The position numbers and the translations under genes are program-made. From an uncultured Nitrospiraceae bacterium (GTDB lineage Bacteria; Nitrospirota; Thermodesulfovibrionia; Thermodesulfovibrionales; SM23-35): 64,000 nt of DNA. Below are positions 1-11,301 of this stretch, piece by piece. Location of the stretch: the NCBI GenBank assembly GCA_963727775.1, contig CAVSHB010000001.1, forward strand, positions 1,344,001-1,408,000, in the 5' to 3' direction. The notes beneath the pieces were generated by a model, which ran no database searches, was not told the origin of the DNA, and saw nothing but the letters and a program-made list of their open reading frames with translations. Numbering within the stretch: the stretch's first letter is position 1; each line of letters opens with the position of its first letter.

Positions 1-821
1 CCGAGGATGCCGTAGCACGCCTGAATAAGTTTATTGGATGCCGGTTCGTCAACGCCGAGGTCTTCAAGGAACAGCGCCGCTTCGTCGGGAGCGAGCTGTG
101 CGATCTCCATCTCGATTTTCCCGCATAACGTCAGGACTGAAAGTGAAGTGTAGCGCTCACTGATTGAAGACTGAAGATTTTTAATATAATCCGAATTCAG
201 GTCTTTTTCTCCCGTATTTAATACCACAATCTCAGGCACCGTTGAAAGAAATTGCAACGGCCTCATGGCCTTTAACTCTTCTTCCGTAAATTCCACATCC
301 CTCAGGGCGACTTCTTTCATAAGAAAATCTCTGCACTTGAGCAATAATTTTTTTTCCGATTCATCCGGTTTTTTCCCCCGCTTTATAGCCTCATCCATCT
401 TAGCCAGACGTTTTTCTATGAGCTCGAGGTCTCCGAATATCAACTCAAGTTCAACTGTGCCGATATCCCGCAGGGGATCGATATCCCCCATGGGGTGTAT
501 GACCGTATCGTCAGCGAATGCCCTTACAATATGCACGATGGCGTCAACGTCTTTTATTAAATCGAAGACTTTTCTGTTTTGTGCGGCGTCGCCTTTTGTG
601 AGACCGATGTAATCCAGATATTCGATCGAGGCGTTCGCAGTTTTCTTCGGTTTAAATATCCCGGAAAGTTTGTCAATTCTGGGGTCGGGCACCTTCACAA
701 CACCGATATTTACTTCAGCGGAAGTAGTGGGATAGATTGTTGTTTCAAGGTTATGGCCTGTAAGCGCATTGAACAATGTTGTTTTGCCGGTGTTGGATAA
801 TCCGATAATAGATACTCTCAC
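1..821 (-). CDS. ychF: YchF/Obg-like ATPase (5' part; runs off the window start)
   Basis: Manual translation from GTG at 821 gives MRVSIIGLSNTGKTTLFNALTG (P-loop) and later VKVPDPRIDKLS, matching the YchF N-terminus. Confidence 0.85.
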   Translation of the reverse strand, partial: MRVSIIGLSNTGKTTLFNALTGHNLETTIYPTTSAEVNIGVVKVPDPRIDKLSGIFKPKKTANASIEYLDYIGLTKGDAAQNRKVFDLIKDVDAIVHIVRAFADDTVIHPMGDIDPLRDIGTVELELIFGDLELIEKRLAKMDEAIKRGKKPDESEKKLLLKCRDFLMKEVALRDVEFTEEELKAMRPLQFLSTVPEIVVLNTGEKDLNSDYIKNLQSSISERYTSLSVLTLCGKIEMEIAQLAPDEAALFLEDLGVDEPASNKLIQACYGIL

Positions 822-930
822 TTTTTATTTGTCCTTCCTGTTTTTCGGTAATTCGCGAATTATTGATAAATTTATCATAAGTGTTATATTAAAATATATA
901 TCATATGCAATCTTAAAAACAGGAGGAAAA

Positions 931-2394
931 ATGATTTTGAAAAGGAAGTGTTTGTATTCTTGTCTTTCTGCCGCGAAAACGTGGCTTGTTCTCGGGATTA
1001 TCTTATCGTTGTCATGCGGAGCATGGTCATCCGCTTTTGCAGGCGACCCGAAAATCTCACAGCAGTCCGTAGATTTGCTTACAAAAATCGGACAGGCCAC
1101 AGCGGAAGTTGTCGAGGCAGTGCGGCCGGCTGTAGTCAATATATCTACTACGCGCACCGTAAAGATGCAGGGCAATGCAAACCCGTTCATGGACGACCCG
1201 TTTTTCAGAAGATTTTTCGGCGACCAGTCCAGGGCACCCAAAGAACGCAAATCTGCAAGCCTGGGATCAGGCGTCATTGTCGATTCGAGGGGCTATATAT
1301 TAACGGCGAATCATGTTATCCAGGGCGCGGAAGAGATAAAGGTCACGCTGTCCGATAAAAGAGAGTTTAAAGGAAAGATCATCGGAAGTGATGCTTTGAC
1401 CGATATTGGAATAATAAAAATTGATGCGGATGACCACCTTCCGATTATAAAGTGGGGTGATTCAGACAAACTGAGGGTCGGCGAGATGGTGCTTGCAATC
1501 GGAAGTCCTTTCGGGCTGACCTCCACTGTCACTCAGGGCATAGTCAGCGCGGTCGGAAGGGCCAATGTCGGGATAGCTGATTACGAGGATTTCATACAAA
1601 CAGACGCAGCTATAAATCCTGGCAACTCAGGCGGAGCTTTGGTGAATGCAAAGGGTGAGCTTGTAGGCATTAATACTGCTATTTTCAGCACAAGCGGCGG
1701 GTATCAGGGAATAGGCTTTGCCGTTCCTACAAGTATGGCAAAGTCCGTTATGGACAGTTTGATCAATAAGGGTAAGGTCATACGAGGGTGGCTCGGCGTG
1801 ACAATTCAGCCCCTGACTCCTGAGCTTTCAAAGCAGTTCAACATAAAAGAGGAAAGGGGAGTATTGGTAGGCGACGTAGTCGAAGACGGCCCCGCTGAAA
1901 AAGCGGGATTGCAAAGAGGAGATGTCATTGTAGAATATGAGGGCAAGAAAATAGAAGAGCCGTCCCAACTGAGAAATATGGTTGCTAATACTGAACCGGG
2001 GCAGCAAGTCGAAATGAAAATTATCAGGGACGACAAGAAAGAGACCAAAAAAGTAACGATAACTGAATTGCCGGCTGAGTTGATGAAATCTTCAAAAGGT
2101 GAATACAATAACCTATTGAAAGGCGTATCCGTACAAGACCTGACCCCGGAAATGTACGGTAAAATGAATCTTTCCAAAAGACTTAAGGGAGTTGTTGTCA
2201 CAGAGGTCGATGAGGAAAGTCCGGTTGCCACGATGGTCATTCAGGGTGATGTGATACAGGAAATAAACAGGCAGAAGATATCCAGTGTCAGGGAATATGA
2301 GAAAGTTGCTTCCAGGATAAAACCGGGCAGCGATATCCTTCTCCTTATTTATAGAAACGGCACGTCCCTGTTCGTTACTTTGTCCAACAGATAG
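931..2394 (+). CDS. Periplasmic HtrA/DegQ serine protease with two PDZ domains
   Basis: Motifs TANHV, QTDAAINPGNSGG and RGWLGV; AGGAGG RBS before ATG 931; signal peptide. Confidence 0.93.
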   Translation: MILKRKCLYSCLSAAKTWLVLGIILSLSCGAWSSAFAGDPKISQQSVDLLTKIGQATAEVVEAVRPAVVNISTTRTVKMQGNANPFMDDPFFRRFFGDQSRAPKERKSASLGSGVIVDSRGYILTANHVIQGAEEIKVTLSDKREFKGKIIGSDALTDIGIIKIDADDHLPIIKWGDSDKLRVGEMVLAIGSPFGLTSTVTQGIVSAVGRANVGIADYEDFIQTDAAINPGNSGGALVNAKGELVGINTAIFSTSGGYQGIGFAVPTSMAKSVMDSLINKGKVIRGWLGVTIQPLTPELSKQFNIKEERGVLVGDVVEDGPAEKAGLQRGDVIVEYEGKKIEEPSQLRNMVANTEPGQQVEMKIIRDDKKETKKVTITELPAELMKSSKGEYNNLLKGVSVQDLTPEMYGKMNLSKRLKGVVVTEVDEESPVATMVIQGDVIQEINRQKISSVREYEKVASRIKPGSDILLLIYRNGTSLFVTLSNR

Positions 2395-2399
2395 ATTGT

Positions 2400-2438
2400 A
2401 TGACATAGGGTGGGTGGTGATCACCCGCCCTATGTCAT
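2400..2438. terminator. Hairpin between convergent degQ and larC (probable terminator)
   Basis: Inverted repeat atgacatagggtgggtg / cacccgccctatgtcat followed by a T-run on the + strand. Confidence 0.7.
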
Positions 2439-3640
2439 TTTATTTTTCTCATTACATCGATGAGGGGAATATTAAGTTTCTTTGCAATTCTCTTGCAATC
2501 TTCATATTCAGGGGTAACTTTAATAATTTCATTCCCGAGTTTCGAGACCTTTACCCTTATCTTGCCGAATTCCGTGTCTGTTTTTTTGATCTTGCGCTGG
2601 AGGACCCTTCTACCCGCCTTATAAAATCTCAGCCCGATTGTACTTGTCTCCCTGAGGATTATGTCCATTAAATCGTCATTCTTCTCTTCATTACAGAGCA
2701 CTGTCAGCTTTACTCCGGGCCTTGCCTTTTTCATCATGACATGTGTCAAATAGACATCGAGAGCGCCTGCTTTGTAGAGCTTCTCCATGACGTATTCAAA
2801 TATCTGGGGGTTCATGTCATCGATATCGGTTTCGATAACTGTCACTGCTTTATCGGATAATCGCCTCATACCCCTTTTACTAAAAAGCGGCAGGATGGGA
2901 TTACCGATTAATATCCTCAGAATGTTAGGCTGCTCTTTGAAATCCTTCTGCCCGGCGCCCGTACCGATCTTTTCAATATTCATCAAAGGTATGTCCGAGA
3001 ACCCTTCTGAAAGCTCTTTGATTATGGCCGCTCCTGTCGGGGTTGTCAGTTCGAATGAGACGCCGCCGGAGTATACAGGCGTATTTTTCAGGATCTCGGC
3101 AGTAGCAGGCGCCGGGACCGGAAGAATTCCATCTTCCGTCTCTATGAAACCTTTGCCGAGATTGAGAGGGGATGAATAGACCTTTTCTATGCCGAGGGCA
3201 TCCAGCCCGATAATGATCCCAAATACATCGACAATGCAATCAACGGCGCCAAGCTCATGGAGATGGACCTTATGAAATGGCTCCCCGTGTACCTTTGACT
3301 CAGCATCAAACAGCCGCTTGAAAACCCTGAGGCCTTTATGTTTAATGTCTTGAGACAAAGCTGAATTCAGAATTATCTCTTCGATATCTTTCCATCGTCT
3401 GATCAATAGCTTCTTAGTAGATGCATCCCTGCCTTTTTTTGCATTTTCCTGTAAAACAGATACCTTGCTTGCAGCAAGATGCCCCCGTTTTACTTTTTCA
3501 ATAACCAGCCGATAACTTTGAACAGGAATTTTATCGAGTTCTCCTTTTAATTTTTTAAAAGACAAACCTGCATCTACAAGTGCGCCGAGGCACATATCCC
3601 CGCTGATTCCCGAGAAACAGTCAAAATAGGCTATCTTCAA
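2435..3640 (-). CDS. larC: Nickel pincer cofactor biosynthesis protein LarC family
   Basis: Motifs YFDCFSGISGDM, VHLHELGAVD, ELTTPTGAA and PEYEDC; probable TTG start at 3640 after GGAGA. Confidence 0.9.
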   Translation of the reverse strand: MKIAYFDCFSGISGDMCLGALVDAGLSFKKLKGELDKIPVQSYRLVIEKVKRGHLAASKVSVLQENAKKGRDASTKKLLIRRWKDIEEIILNSALSQDIKHKGLRVFKRLFDAESKVHGEPFHKVHLHELGAVDCIVDVFGIIIGLDALGIEKVYSSPLNLGKGFIETEDGILPVPAPATAEILKNTPVYSGGVSFELTTPTGAAIIKELSEGFSDIPLMNIEKIGTGAGQKDFKEQPNILRILIGNPILPLFSKRGMRRLSDKAVTVIETDIDDMNPQIFEYVMEKLYKAGALDVYLTHVMMKKARPGVKLTVLCNEEKNDDLMDIILRETSTIGLRFYKAGRRVLQRKIKKTDTEFGKIRVKVSKLGNEIIKVTPEYEDCKRIAKKLNIPLIDVMRKIK

Positions 3641-3849
3641 AATAATGAAATCTCCTGTGATTGATATTTTACCACTGACCTTTGCCGATTCATACAAAAA
3701 TTGGTAAATTCGCCGGCATTCATCTAAAATTATCCCGTTCGATCTTATCTCAAAAAGGTGAATTTCGAAAAAGCTTGCTCTTGTAACCTTATTTGTGCAA
3801 AATATATAAGTTTTTAGAAACCTTCCGTTTTTAAGTTTTTTAAATTAAG

Positions 3850-4881
3850 ATGAATAAAAAACTTACCTATAAAAAGGCCGGTGTTGATATTGACGAGGGA
3901 GAGAGGTTTGTAAGGCGTATCTCCCCGATGGTCAAAAAGACATTCAGGTCTGAAGTAATTACGGATATAGGCTCATTCAGCGCTCTGTTCAAGCTTGACA
4001 AAAAATATAAAAATCCTGTTCTTGTCAGCGGAACAGACGGTGTCGGGACAAAGCTGAAGATTGCCTTTATGATGGGCAAGCATGACACTGTAGGGATCGA
4101 CCTTGTTGCGATGTGCGTGAACGATATACTTACCAGCGGGGCTGAGCCCTTATTTTTACTCGACTATTTTGCGACAGGCAAACTCAAATCTGAAAAAGCA
4201 TCTGAAGTCATAAAAGGTATAGTGAAAGGCTGTAAAGATGCCGGCTGTTCTCTCATAGGTGGTGAAACAGCAGAGATGCCCGGGTTCTATTCCGAGGGTG
4301 AATATGACCTGTCCGGATTCGCCGTCGGGGTTGTGGACAGAAAAAACATAATAGACGGATCGAAGATAAAAGCCGGAGACGCTGTTATTGGGCTTGCATC
4401 CAGCGGCCTCCACAGCAATGGATACTCACTTGTAAGAAAAATATTTTTCGATGTAAAGAAGATGGACATATCTTCATTTGTTCCGGACCTTGGAAGAACA
4501 ATAGGCGAGGAGCTTCTTAAGCCTACGAAAATATACGTTAAAGCGTTCAAGGGACTTAAAGACAAGATAACAATAAAGGGAATGGCGCATATAACAGGCG
4601 GCGGCATTCCGGGCAACCTTCCAAGAATATTGCCGGCAGGTATTTGCGCTCATATCAAACCAGGTTCATGGCCTGTCCCGAAAATATTTACCAGCATAAG
4701 AAACACGGGGAATGTCCCTGAAGATGATATGAAAAAGACTTTTAATATGGGGATTGGATATACCATAATCGTCTCGGGAAAAGCGGCAGAAGACACTGTT
4801 GCTATACTTAATAGATCTGGATATCCGGCCTTTATAATCGGCAGTACAGAGAAAGGAGGGAAGGGTGTTCGATATTCATAG
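3850..4881 (+). CDS. purM: Phosphoribosylformylglycinamidine cyclo-ligase
   Basis: Motifs TYKKAGVDID, TDGVGTKL, GGETAEMPG, SSGLHSNGYSL and FNMGIG. Confidence 0.97.
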   Translation: MNKKLTYKKAGVDIDEGERFVRRISPMVKKTFRSEVITDIGSFSALFKLDKKYKNPVLVSGTDGVGTKLKIAFMMGKHDTVGIDLVAMCVNDILTSGAEPLFLLDYFATGKLKSEKASEVIKGIVKGCKDAGCSLIGGETAEMPGFYSEGEYDLSGFAVGVVDRKNIIDGSKIKAGDAVIGLASSGLHSNGYSLVRKIFFDVKKMDISSFVPDLGRTIGEELLKPTKIYVKAFKGLKDKITIKGMAHITGGGIPGNLPRILPAGICAHIKPGSWPVPKIFTSIRNTGNVPEDDMKKTFNMGIGYTIIVSGKAAEDTVAILNRSGYPAFIIGSTEKGGKGVRYS

Positions 4882-5710
4882 AATAAAAGCGTTGTTGAAA
4901 AAGGCATTCACTCCTGTAACAATAATGCTAGTCCCTCATAGTAAGAGCAAGCCATGGAATTTTAAGATGCCTTTCATAGGAATATTTACATCGGTAGTAT
5001 TATGTTGCTTCGGTATTGTGTATATTCTTTCTATTGCGGTAAATACCTTCGAATATTACCGTATGAAAGAAAAGCTGAATTATTATTCGCAACAGTTTAC
5101 AGAGTTGAACACAACAATATTTGCCCTTAAAAAGGCCGAACACGAATTCAAAAGGTTGTTTTCCCTTGGATCCAGGGAAAAAGTCCTTGAGAATATGAAT
5201 ACCTCGGACAGCGGCTCCATAGACATGGAAAGTTTAAAGAAACAGATTAAAATAACCATAGAAAGTGTAGGAGAAATAAAGGATTATTTGCATGTACAAA
5301 GAGATGTTTATATCTCGACTCCCAAAGGGTTTCCTGTAGCTGGGAACATCTCTTCGCCTTACGGAAAAAGGCTGAACCCTTTAGATGGAAGTGATGAATT
5401 TCACTCCGGCGTTGATCTCTCTACACAGCCCGGCAACCCTGTCAGAGCCACTGCGAACGGAATAGTGAGCTTTTCGGGGTGGAGCGGCGGCAACGGTAAT
5501 CTCGTTGTCCTGGAACATGGGCATGGGTTTTCAACATTTTATGCTCATAATAGGATGACCAAGGTAAAAGTAGGACAGAAAGTAAAAAGGGGTGATGTTA
5601 TCAGCTATGTGGGTTCTACCGGCAGCTCAACAGGACCTCATTTACATTATGAGATATGGAAAGACGGAAAATCGGTTAACCCCATCAATTATTTAAAAGG
5701 GAGGGCATGA
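4865..5710 (+). CDS. M23 family peptidoglycan endopeptidase
   Basis: HSGVD and STGPHLHYE motifs; N-terminal TM segment and coiled coil. Confidence 0.9.
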   Translation: MFDIHRIKALLKKAFTPVTIMLVPHSKSKPWNFKMPFIGIFTSVVLCCFGIVYILSIAVNTFEYYRMKEKLNYYSQQFTELNTTIFALKKAEHEFKRLFSLGSREKVLENMNTSDSGSIDMESLKKQIKITIESVGEIKDYLHVQRDVYISTPKGFPVAGNISSPYGKRLNPLDGSDEFHSGVDLSTQPGNPVRATANGIVSFSGWSGGNGNLVVLEHGHGFSTFYAHNRMTKVKVGQKVKRGDVISYVGSTGSSTGPHLHYEIWKDGKSVNPINYLKGRA

Positions 5711-6081
5711 TGTTCAATAAAAATACCGAGAAACTTGAGTCGCTTATAGGATTAAATTCAAGCTTTAAAGGAGATATCGAGACCAAAGGAACACTGAGGA
5801 TTGACGGCAGCATGGAAGGCAATGTCACTGCCGACTGGGTTATCCTTGGCGAAAAAGCATCTTTAAAGGGAGATATCAGCTCACGAGGGATTGTGGTAGG
5901 CGGCAGGATCGAAGGTAATCTGAAGGCAAAAGAGATTGTGGAAATTAAGGCCAAGGGTCAGGTCTTTGGAGATATTCATACGCAAAAGCTTACTATTGTG
6001 GAAGGCGGCACGTTTGAGGGCAGGTCATCTATGTCGAAGGAAGAAAGCAAGGTCGTAGAGTTCCAGATGAAAAACTCATAG
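5707..6081 (+). CDS. Bactofilin (polymer-forming cytoskeletal protein)
   Basis: Beta-helix repeats (GTLRIDGSMEGNV, IVVGGRIEGNL); overlaps the M23 gene, a commonly paired arrangement. Confidence 0.9.
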   Translation: MMFNKNTEKLESLIGLNSSFKGDIETKGTLRIDGSMEGNVTADWVILGEKASLKGDISSRGIVVGGRIEGNLKAKEIVEIKAKGQVFGDIHTQKLTIVEGGTFEGRSSMSKEESKVVEFQMKNS

Positions 6082-6175
6082 AATAATGACCCTTAATGGC
6101 TTAGCAATCATCAAAGAATTAATCGAAGGCATCAATAATTCTTCTTAATAAGAAGTACTTGGCTGAAGAGAGCAG

Positions 6176-7036
6176 TTAAACTCCCCAGGGTGCAGGAGAG
6201 GGCCGTTTATATCCCTTCTCCGATGCGAGAATATCCAGGTGAATGGTTATGATGTCTTCCAGTTGTAAATCAGGCGTGTAATCAAGCTTACGCGAATCCA
6301 CAGTCTTAATATACTGTTTACAGTGATCGCATATGTCAACCCTGTATGCTTCATGTCCTTCTTCATAAAGGTAGTGGAGTTTTTCATGGTCGGCATTTTC
6401 ACAATACGGGCATTTCAGCCGCTCAGACGGCCACTGAAAGCCGCAGAAAGAACACAGGAAGGAGCGTATCCCTTCATCCTTCAACTCTGATATCTGCGGA
6501 GATGAGCCACATACAGGGCAGTAACCTCTCAGCCAGTTTTTTAGATCGACCTGCCCCTTTAAATGTTCTACGTTGACGTTGAGGGAAGGTTGAATGCTTG
6601 AATGAATCAGGAATATCAGGACAGCCCCGTTGATATTGAACTCTTCCGCAATTCTGTTCACATACGCGTCATCAGAATGTCTCTTCAAGAGTTCCCTGAG
6701 ATTCAGCGCATTGATCGCAACAGCTTCTTCTATCGCCTGAATATTATCGCTCATCTTTTCATTTGAATTCCTTAAGATTCGGCATAACGACTCGAAGAGC
6801 CTTATGCATGATGGGATATCAAGAATAAAATCTTTTCTGTCGATGAGGGGAGAGCCCTCACGGGTCTGCAGACTTTTCATGCTATTTTGCGGAGCAGAAT
6901 GCAGAGTCACAACGGGTTGTACCGCTGCCTGTTCTTCGATTACCTTTTCATAAAAACCGAGGAGTTCCCGGTAGAGGGGATGCGTTTCTTTCAGATGTTC
7001 GATCAGTTTTTTTGTATGTTCCAGTGATTCGATCAC
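6176..7036 (-). CDS. fdhE: Formate dehydrogenase accessory protein FdhE
   Basis: CPVCGS, CSFC, CPYC and CDHCKQYIK motifs; lies downstream of the fdh genes. Confidence 0.92.
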   Translation of the reverse strand: MIESLEHTKKLIEHLKETHPLYRELLGFYEKVIEEQAAVQPVVTLHSAPQNSMKSLQTREGSPLIDRKDFILDIPSCIRLFESLCRILRNSNEKMSDNIQAIEEAVAINALNLRELLKRHSDDAYVNRIAEEFNINGAVLIFLIHSSIQPSLNVNVEHLKGQVDLKNWLRGYCPVCGSSPQISELKDEGIRSFLCSFCGFQWPSERLKCPYCENADHEKLHYLYEEGHEAYRVDICDHCKQYIKTVDSRKLDYTPDLQLEDIITIHLDILASEKGYKRPSPAPWGV

Positions 7037-7050
7037 AATATATCCCCTTT

Positions 7051-7093
7051 AAGAAAAAAATGGCTTGTACCGTCATACGGAACAAGCCATTTT
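7051..7093 (-). terminator. Intrinsic terminator between the fdh beta subunit gene and fdhE
   Basis: 12-bp inverted repeat aaaatggcttgt / acaagccatttt with a U-tract on the minus strand. Confidence 0.7.
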
Positions 7094-7111
7094 AGCACGT
7101 TTTATGTACTA

Positions 7112-7843
7112 TTATTCCGCTATCCGGGAAAGATCCACCAGAGGCTGAAATATCTTTTTTATCGCCGCAAATCTCGTTATTTCAGGCTCCCCTGCCGCAG
7201 CATACTTGTGGTACTTCCGCGGATCATCGATCACGAGGAAGATCGTACGGTGAAAATCATCATTGAGCAGCGCTGCCTTCGGGTATTTCACCTTCTCTTC
7301 AGTGAGACGTTTACGGGCCATTTCGAGTATTTTGTCCCGGTCGCCGAAATTCATCGTTCCGGTAGGACATGTTTTGACACATGCAGGAAGCATCCCTTCT
7401 TTAATCCTGTCGATACACATGGTGCATTTGGCCATTCCCTGGGTCTTTGCGTCCCATCGGGGGATGTCCCATGGACAGGCTTCTCTTATCTGTTTGAACT
7501 CTTTTTCCTTAACCTTCACCTTCGGATTATAAAGGACCGCGCCGGTTGACGCATCCTGTGCTATGGCTTTTACGTTCAAAGATTCGGCCATTATTTTGCA
7601 CGGAGGCGTAGTGCAGTGCCTGCACTGGTCAGGGAAGAAATACCATTTCGGTTTTCCATCTTCTTCCAATTCACTGAACCTTACGAGTTTATACGTAAAG
7701 TAGGAGAGATCTTCAGGGTTCTGATGACTTCCACGCTGAACGGTTTTAGTCCCCGGATTCATGTTCCACTGCTTGCATGCGATCTGGCATCCACGGCATG
7801 CCGTACATTTTGTGGTGTCTATAAAGAAGGATTTATCCGCCAT
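7112..7843 (-). CDS. Formate dehydrogenase iron-sulfur (beta) subunit
   Basis: CTACRGCQIACKQWN, CRHCTTPPC, CTMC and PACVKTCP motifs. Confidence 0.93.
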   Translation of the reverse strand: MADKSFFIDTTKCTACRGCQIACKQWNMNPGTKTVQRGSHQNPEDLSYFTYKLVRFSELEEDGKPKWYFFPDQCRHCTTPPCKIMAESLNVKAIAQDASTGAVLYNPKVKVKEKEFKQIREACPWDIPRWDAKTQGMAKCTMCIDRIKEGMLPACVKTCPTGTMNFGDRDKILEMARKRLTEEKVKYPKAALLNDDFHRTIFLVIDDPRKYHKYAAAGEPEITRFAAIKKIFQPLVDLSRIAE

Positions 7844-7857
7844 TTCTGATCACCTCC

Positions 7858-10800
7858 TTACGTTTTCCCGGGTTTTTTAGCCGGGTGTGCGGTTATCTTT
7901 GTTACGTTTGCCATAAATGCCTTTGACTCCGGTATCATCGTATTGGGATCGCCGATTGTAGGAGTAAGCAAGTTTGCACTTTCGCCTCCGTCCTTTGGAT
8001 GGAGCCATCCGAAGTGCCATGGTATGCCGATCTGATGGATGGTCTGGCCGGCGATGACAAAAGGTTTGAAGCGGAGTGTCACAATCGCTACAGCCTCAAC
8101 CTTTCCTCTCTGTGTCTCGACTAATACACGCTCACCGTTTTCGATGCCCCTCATTTTTGCGAGTTCATGGCTCATTTCACAGAACATCTGTGGCTCAGCC
8201 TCAGTAAGCCACGGGAGCCATCGTGTCAGTACCCCTGTCTGCCAATGTTCTGTGACGCGGTAGGTTGTGCAGACGAAGGGATACCTCGGATCACATGTTG
8301 CGAAGCTGTCCGCACCACCTTCAAATATTTTTACCACAGGATTGATCCTCTGGTTCGACATGATATTCTTCTCGATCGGGCATTCCAACGGCTCATAGTG
8401 CTCGGGGAATGGTCCGTCTTTCAGCCCCGGTCCGAAGAGTGAAGCCACGCCGTCCGGTTTCATAATGAACGGGTAAACTCCTTCTGTTCCCATAGGAGGC
8501 GCAGGCCCGTCAGGGATGTCACCGGCCCATTTCTTGTTTTCAGCATCCCACTTCAGCAGAGTCCTGTTCGGATTCCGTGGCTTTCCATCCAAATCGACAG
8601 AAGCCCTGTTATAGATAATCCTCCTGTTGACCGGCCATGTCCATGACCATTCGGGATAAAGACCCAATCCGGTCGGATCAGTCTTCTTTCTCCGGGCAGC
8701 CATGTTGCCGGCCTCTGTATAGCTTCCGGAATATATCCAGTTGCCGCAGGAGGTCCTTCCATCATCCAGAAGAAAGACGAAGCTCGGGACCAGTGTCCCT
8801 TTCTTATATACCTTTTTGTCCACGGGGTGTTCCGGTATATCAACGAGAAAATATCCATTAATTTCTTTGGCAACTTTATGGATATCGAATGTACCGTTTG
8901 TCTCATAATCCCATTTCACATTCATGATCGGAGCAGGGAAGGCGCCTTTTTCTTTCTTGTAAAGGGCGCGCACCTTTTTGAATAAGTTATACATGATTTC
9001 ACCGTCAGGCCGTGCGTTGCCCGGAGGGTTTGTTGCTTTCCAGCGCCACTGCATCCACCTGCCGCTGTTGCTGATGCTACCCTCTTTTTCGAGGAAGGCT
9101 GCGCACGGCAGTTGGAAGACCTCGGTCTTGATCTTTTTCGGATCCATGCCGGGACCTTTCCAGAACGAGCCTGTTTCGCTGTCAAAAACATTCACATTGA
9201 CCATCCAGTCCAGTTTTGCCAACGCCTGACGTACTTTACCTGCATTCGCGCTTGAGCATGCAGGGTTCATGCCCCAGGCAAAGAAACCGGTGAATGTTCC
9301 CTTGTACATCTGATCGAAGAGGTTGAGCCATGAGGCATCCTGCGTAGTGTCTAATTTCGGCAGCCATGAATACCCGAAATCGTTTTTTTTGGTTGCCGTA
9401 TCACCATAAAAAGATTTTAGCAGGCTTGCGACGTATTTTGGTCTGTTCTTCCACCAATTGACGCTTCTGGTATCTTTTGTTGCCGGGGTAGTTTTATTAA
9501 AGTCTTCAAGTGTTGCCCACTGAGCCCTGGGTGAAGGAATATATCCGGGGACGATATGGAAAAGCAGCCCCTGATCTGTCGATCCCTGCACATTTGACTC
9601 GCCTCTCAGGGCGTTCACTCCGCCTCCGGCTATCCCCATATTTCCAAGCAGTGTCTGGATAATGGACATGGCGCGGATGTTCTGAACTCCTACTGTATGC
9701 TGTGTCCATCCCATTGCGTAGAGGACAGTGCCGGCTTTATCAGGCTTTCCGGTTGCAGCATATGCACTGTACACTTTTTCGAGATCCTCCTGAGGTGTTC
9801 CGGTAATCGCGGTAACTTTCTCAGGGGTATAGCGGGAGTAGTGTTTTTTCAAAAGCTGTAATACGCATCGTTCGTTCTGCAATGTCATATCCCGCTTTGG
9901 TATGCCGTTTTCGTCTTTTTCCAATGCCCAGACAGACTGATCGTATGCCCTCTTATTAGGGTCGTACCCTGAGAAGAGACCGTCATCAAAATTATACTTG
10001 GGGTTAACAAGGCAGGAAGCATTACTGTAGTTCTTGACATAGAATTCATCATACAGGTTATTGTCAAGGATATACCTGATCATGCCGCCGAGGAAGGCGA
10101 TATCGGTGCCGGAGCGAAGTCTCGCAAAAATATCGGCTTTTGCCGATGTACGGGTAAAACGGGGGTCTACATGGATAAAGATACCCCCTTTATTTCTGGC
10201 TGCCTGAATCCACTTGAAGGAAACCGGATGGTTCTCGGCAACGTTACTTCCCATGTTGAGAATAACATCGGCGTTACGGAAATCAATAAAATGGTTTGTC
10301 ATTGCACCGCGCCCGAACGACTCTGCCAGAGCCGCTACTGTAGCGCTGTGTCATATACGGGCCTGATGTTCAATATAGACAAGGCCAAGAGCCCTGAGGA
10401 ATTTCTGGAAAAGCCAGCATTCTTCATTGTCCATGGCAGCGCTGCCTACCGAGGCGATTCCGTTCGCACAGTTGACGACTTTTCCGTCCGCATTCTTCTC
10501 CACAAAGCTCTTATCGCGGCTCTTCTTTATGTTGGCAGCGATTTTGTTCATCGCCCATTCCCAGTTGACTTCCTTCCATTTGTCACTGTGGGGGGCGCGA
10601 TAACGGACTTTCTTAAGTCGGTTGTCGTTTACCGCAATTTGATAGGTAGAACCACCTTTCGGACACAACGCTCCCTCACTGATCGGATGATCAGGATCTC
10701 CTTCTGCATTGATGACCTTACCTTTTTGGTCCGTAGATACGAGGATTCCGCATCCCACGGAGCAGTAACAGCAGATGGTGGGCGTTTCCTTAGCCCCTTT

Positions 10801-10935
10801 GATGCGGAGCTCAGTCCGAAGCTCGGCAGCATAAACCAGGGCAGGTGTCAGATCGAAGCCCAAACGGCTCAAAGCTAAGCTTGTCGCAGTGACTCCGGAG
10901 ATCTTCAGAAAATCTCTGCGCGTGATAACATTCAT
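7858..10935 (-). CDS. fdnG: Selenocysteine-containing formate dehydrogenase alpha subunit (FdnG/FdhA type, Tat-exported); one gene read through UGA at 10351-10353
   Basis: Two in-frame ORFs join as EHQARI-U-HSATVAALAESFGRGAMTNH; Tat motif TRRDFLK; 4Fe-4S motif CCYCSVGCG. Confidence 0.95.
10317..10336 (-). promoter_or_regulatory. Bacterial SECIS element
   Basis: mRNA GCGGCUCU-GGC-AGAGUCGU hairpin with a G-containing loop, starting about 15 nt after the in-frame UGA. Confidence 0.8.
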
Positions 10936-11158
10936 AATCTCCCCCTTTTCTTCGGAAATGTTCTCAAAAACCCCCTCTGTGAATACAGAGATAACCTTTG
11001 TGTCTCTCTGATTTCATTTTTTGCTCTTCTTTTCATCGGGATTACCGACTATTCTCAGTTTTTTTTGATATGGGGGTTTCCCTATGGAGCACATAATGAT
11101 TAGGAACATGATTATATTATTACTATTCATATAATTAATGAATTCATATCATGCACTT

Positions 11159-11187
11159 TCTATATCACAAACCCGGATGCATGTCAA
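11159..11187 (-). promoter_or_regulatory. Putative sigma70 promoter of the fdh operon
   Basis: Minus strand TTGACA-N17-TATAGA. Confidence 0.5.
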
Positions 11188-11301
11188 TATTTTTTATCTT
11201 CCGGACAGAGAAGCCGTTATTTTAATGTTTCCCGGGTTTGTGATGGTGGTAACAGCGGGTTGAACTGCGCTCAAAAACTTGAAGTAGGATAAAATAGAAC
11301 A

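Noticed and set aside
10171..10878. 235-aa + strand ORF and many other antisense ORFs in the track
   Set aside because: They are shadows of well-supported genes on the opposite strand.
10936..11160. Moco/Wco riboswitch in the fdh leader
   Set aside because: AT-rich with only short hairpins and no recognisable consensus.
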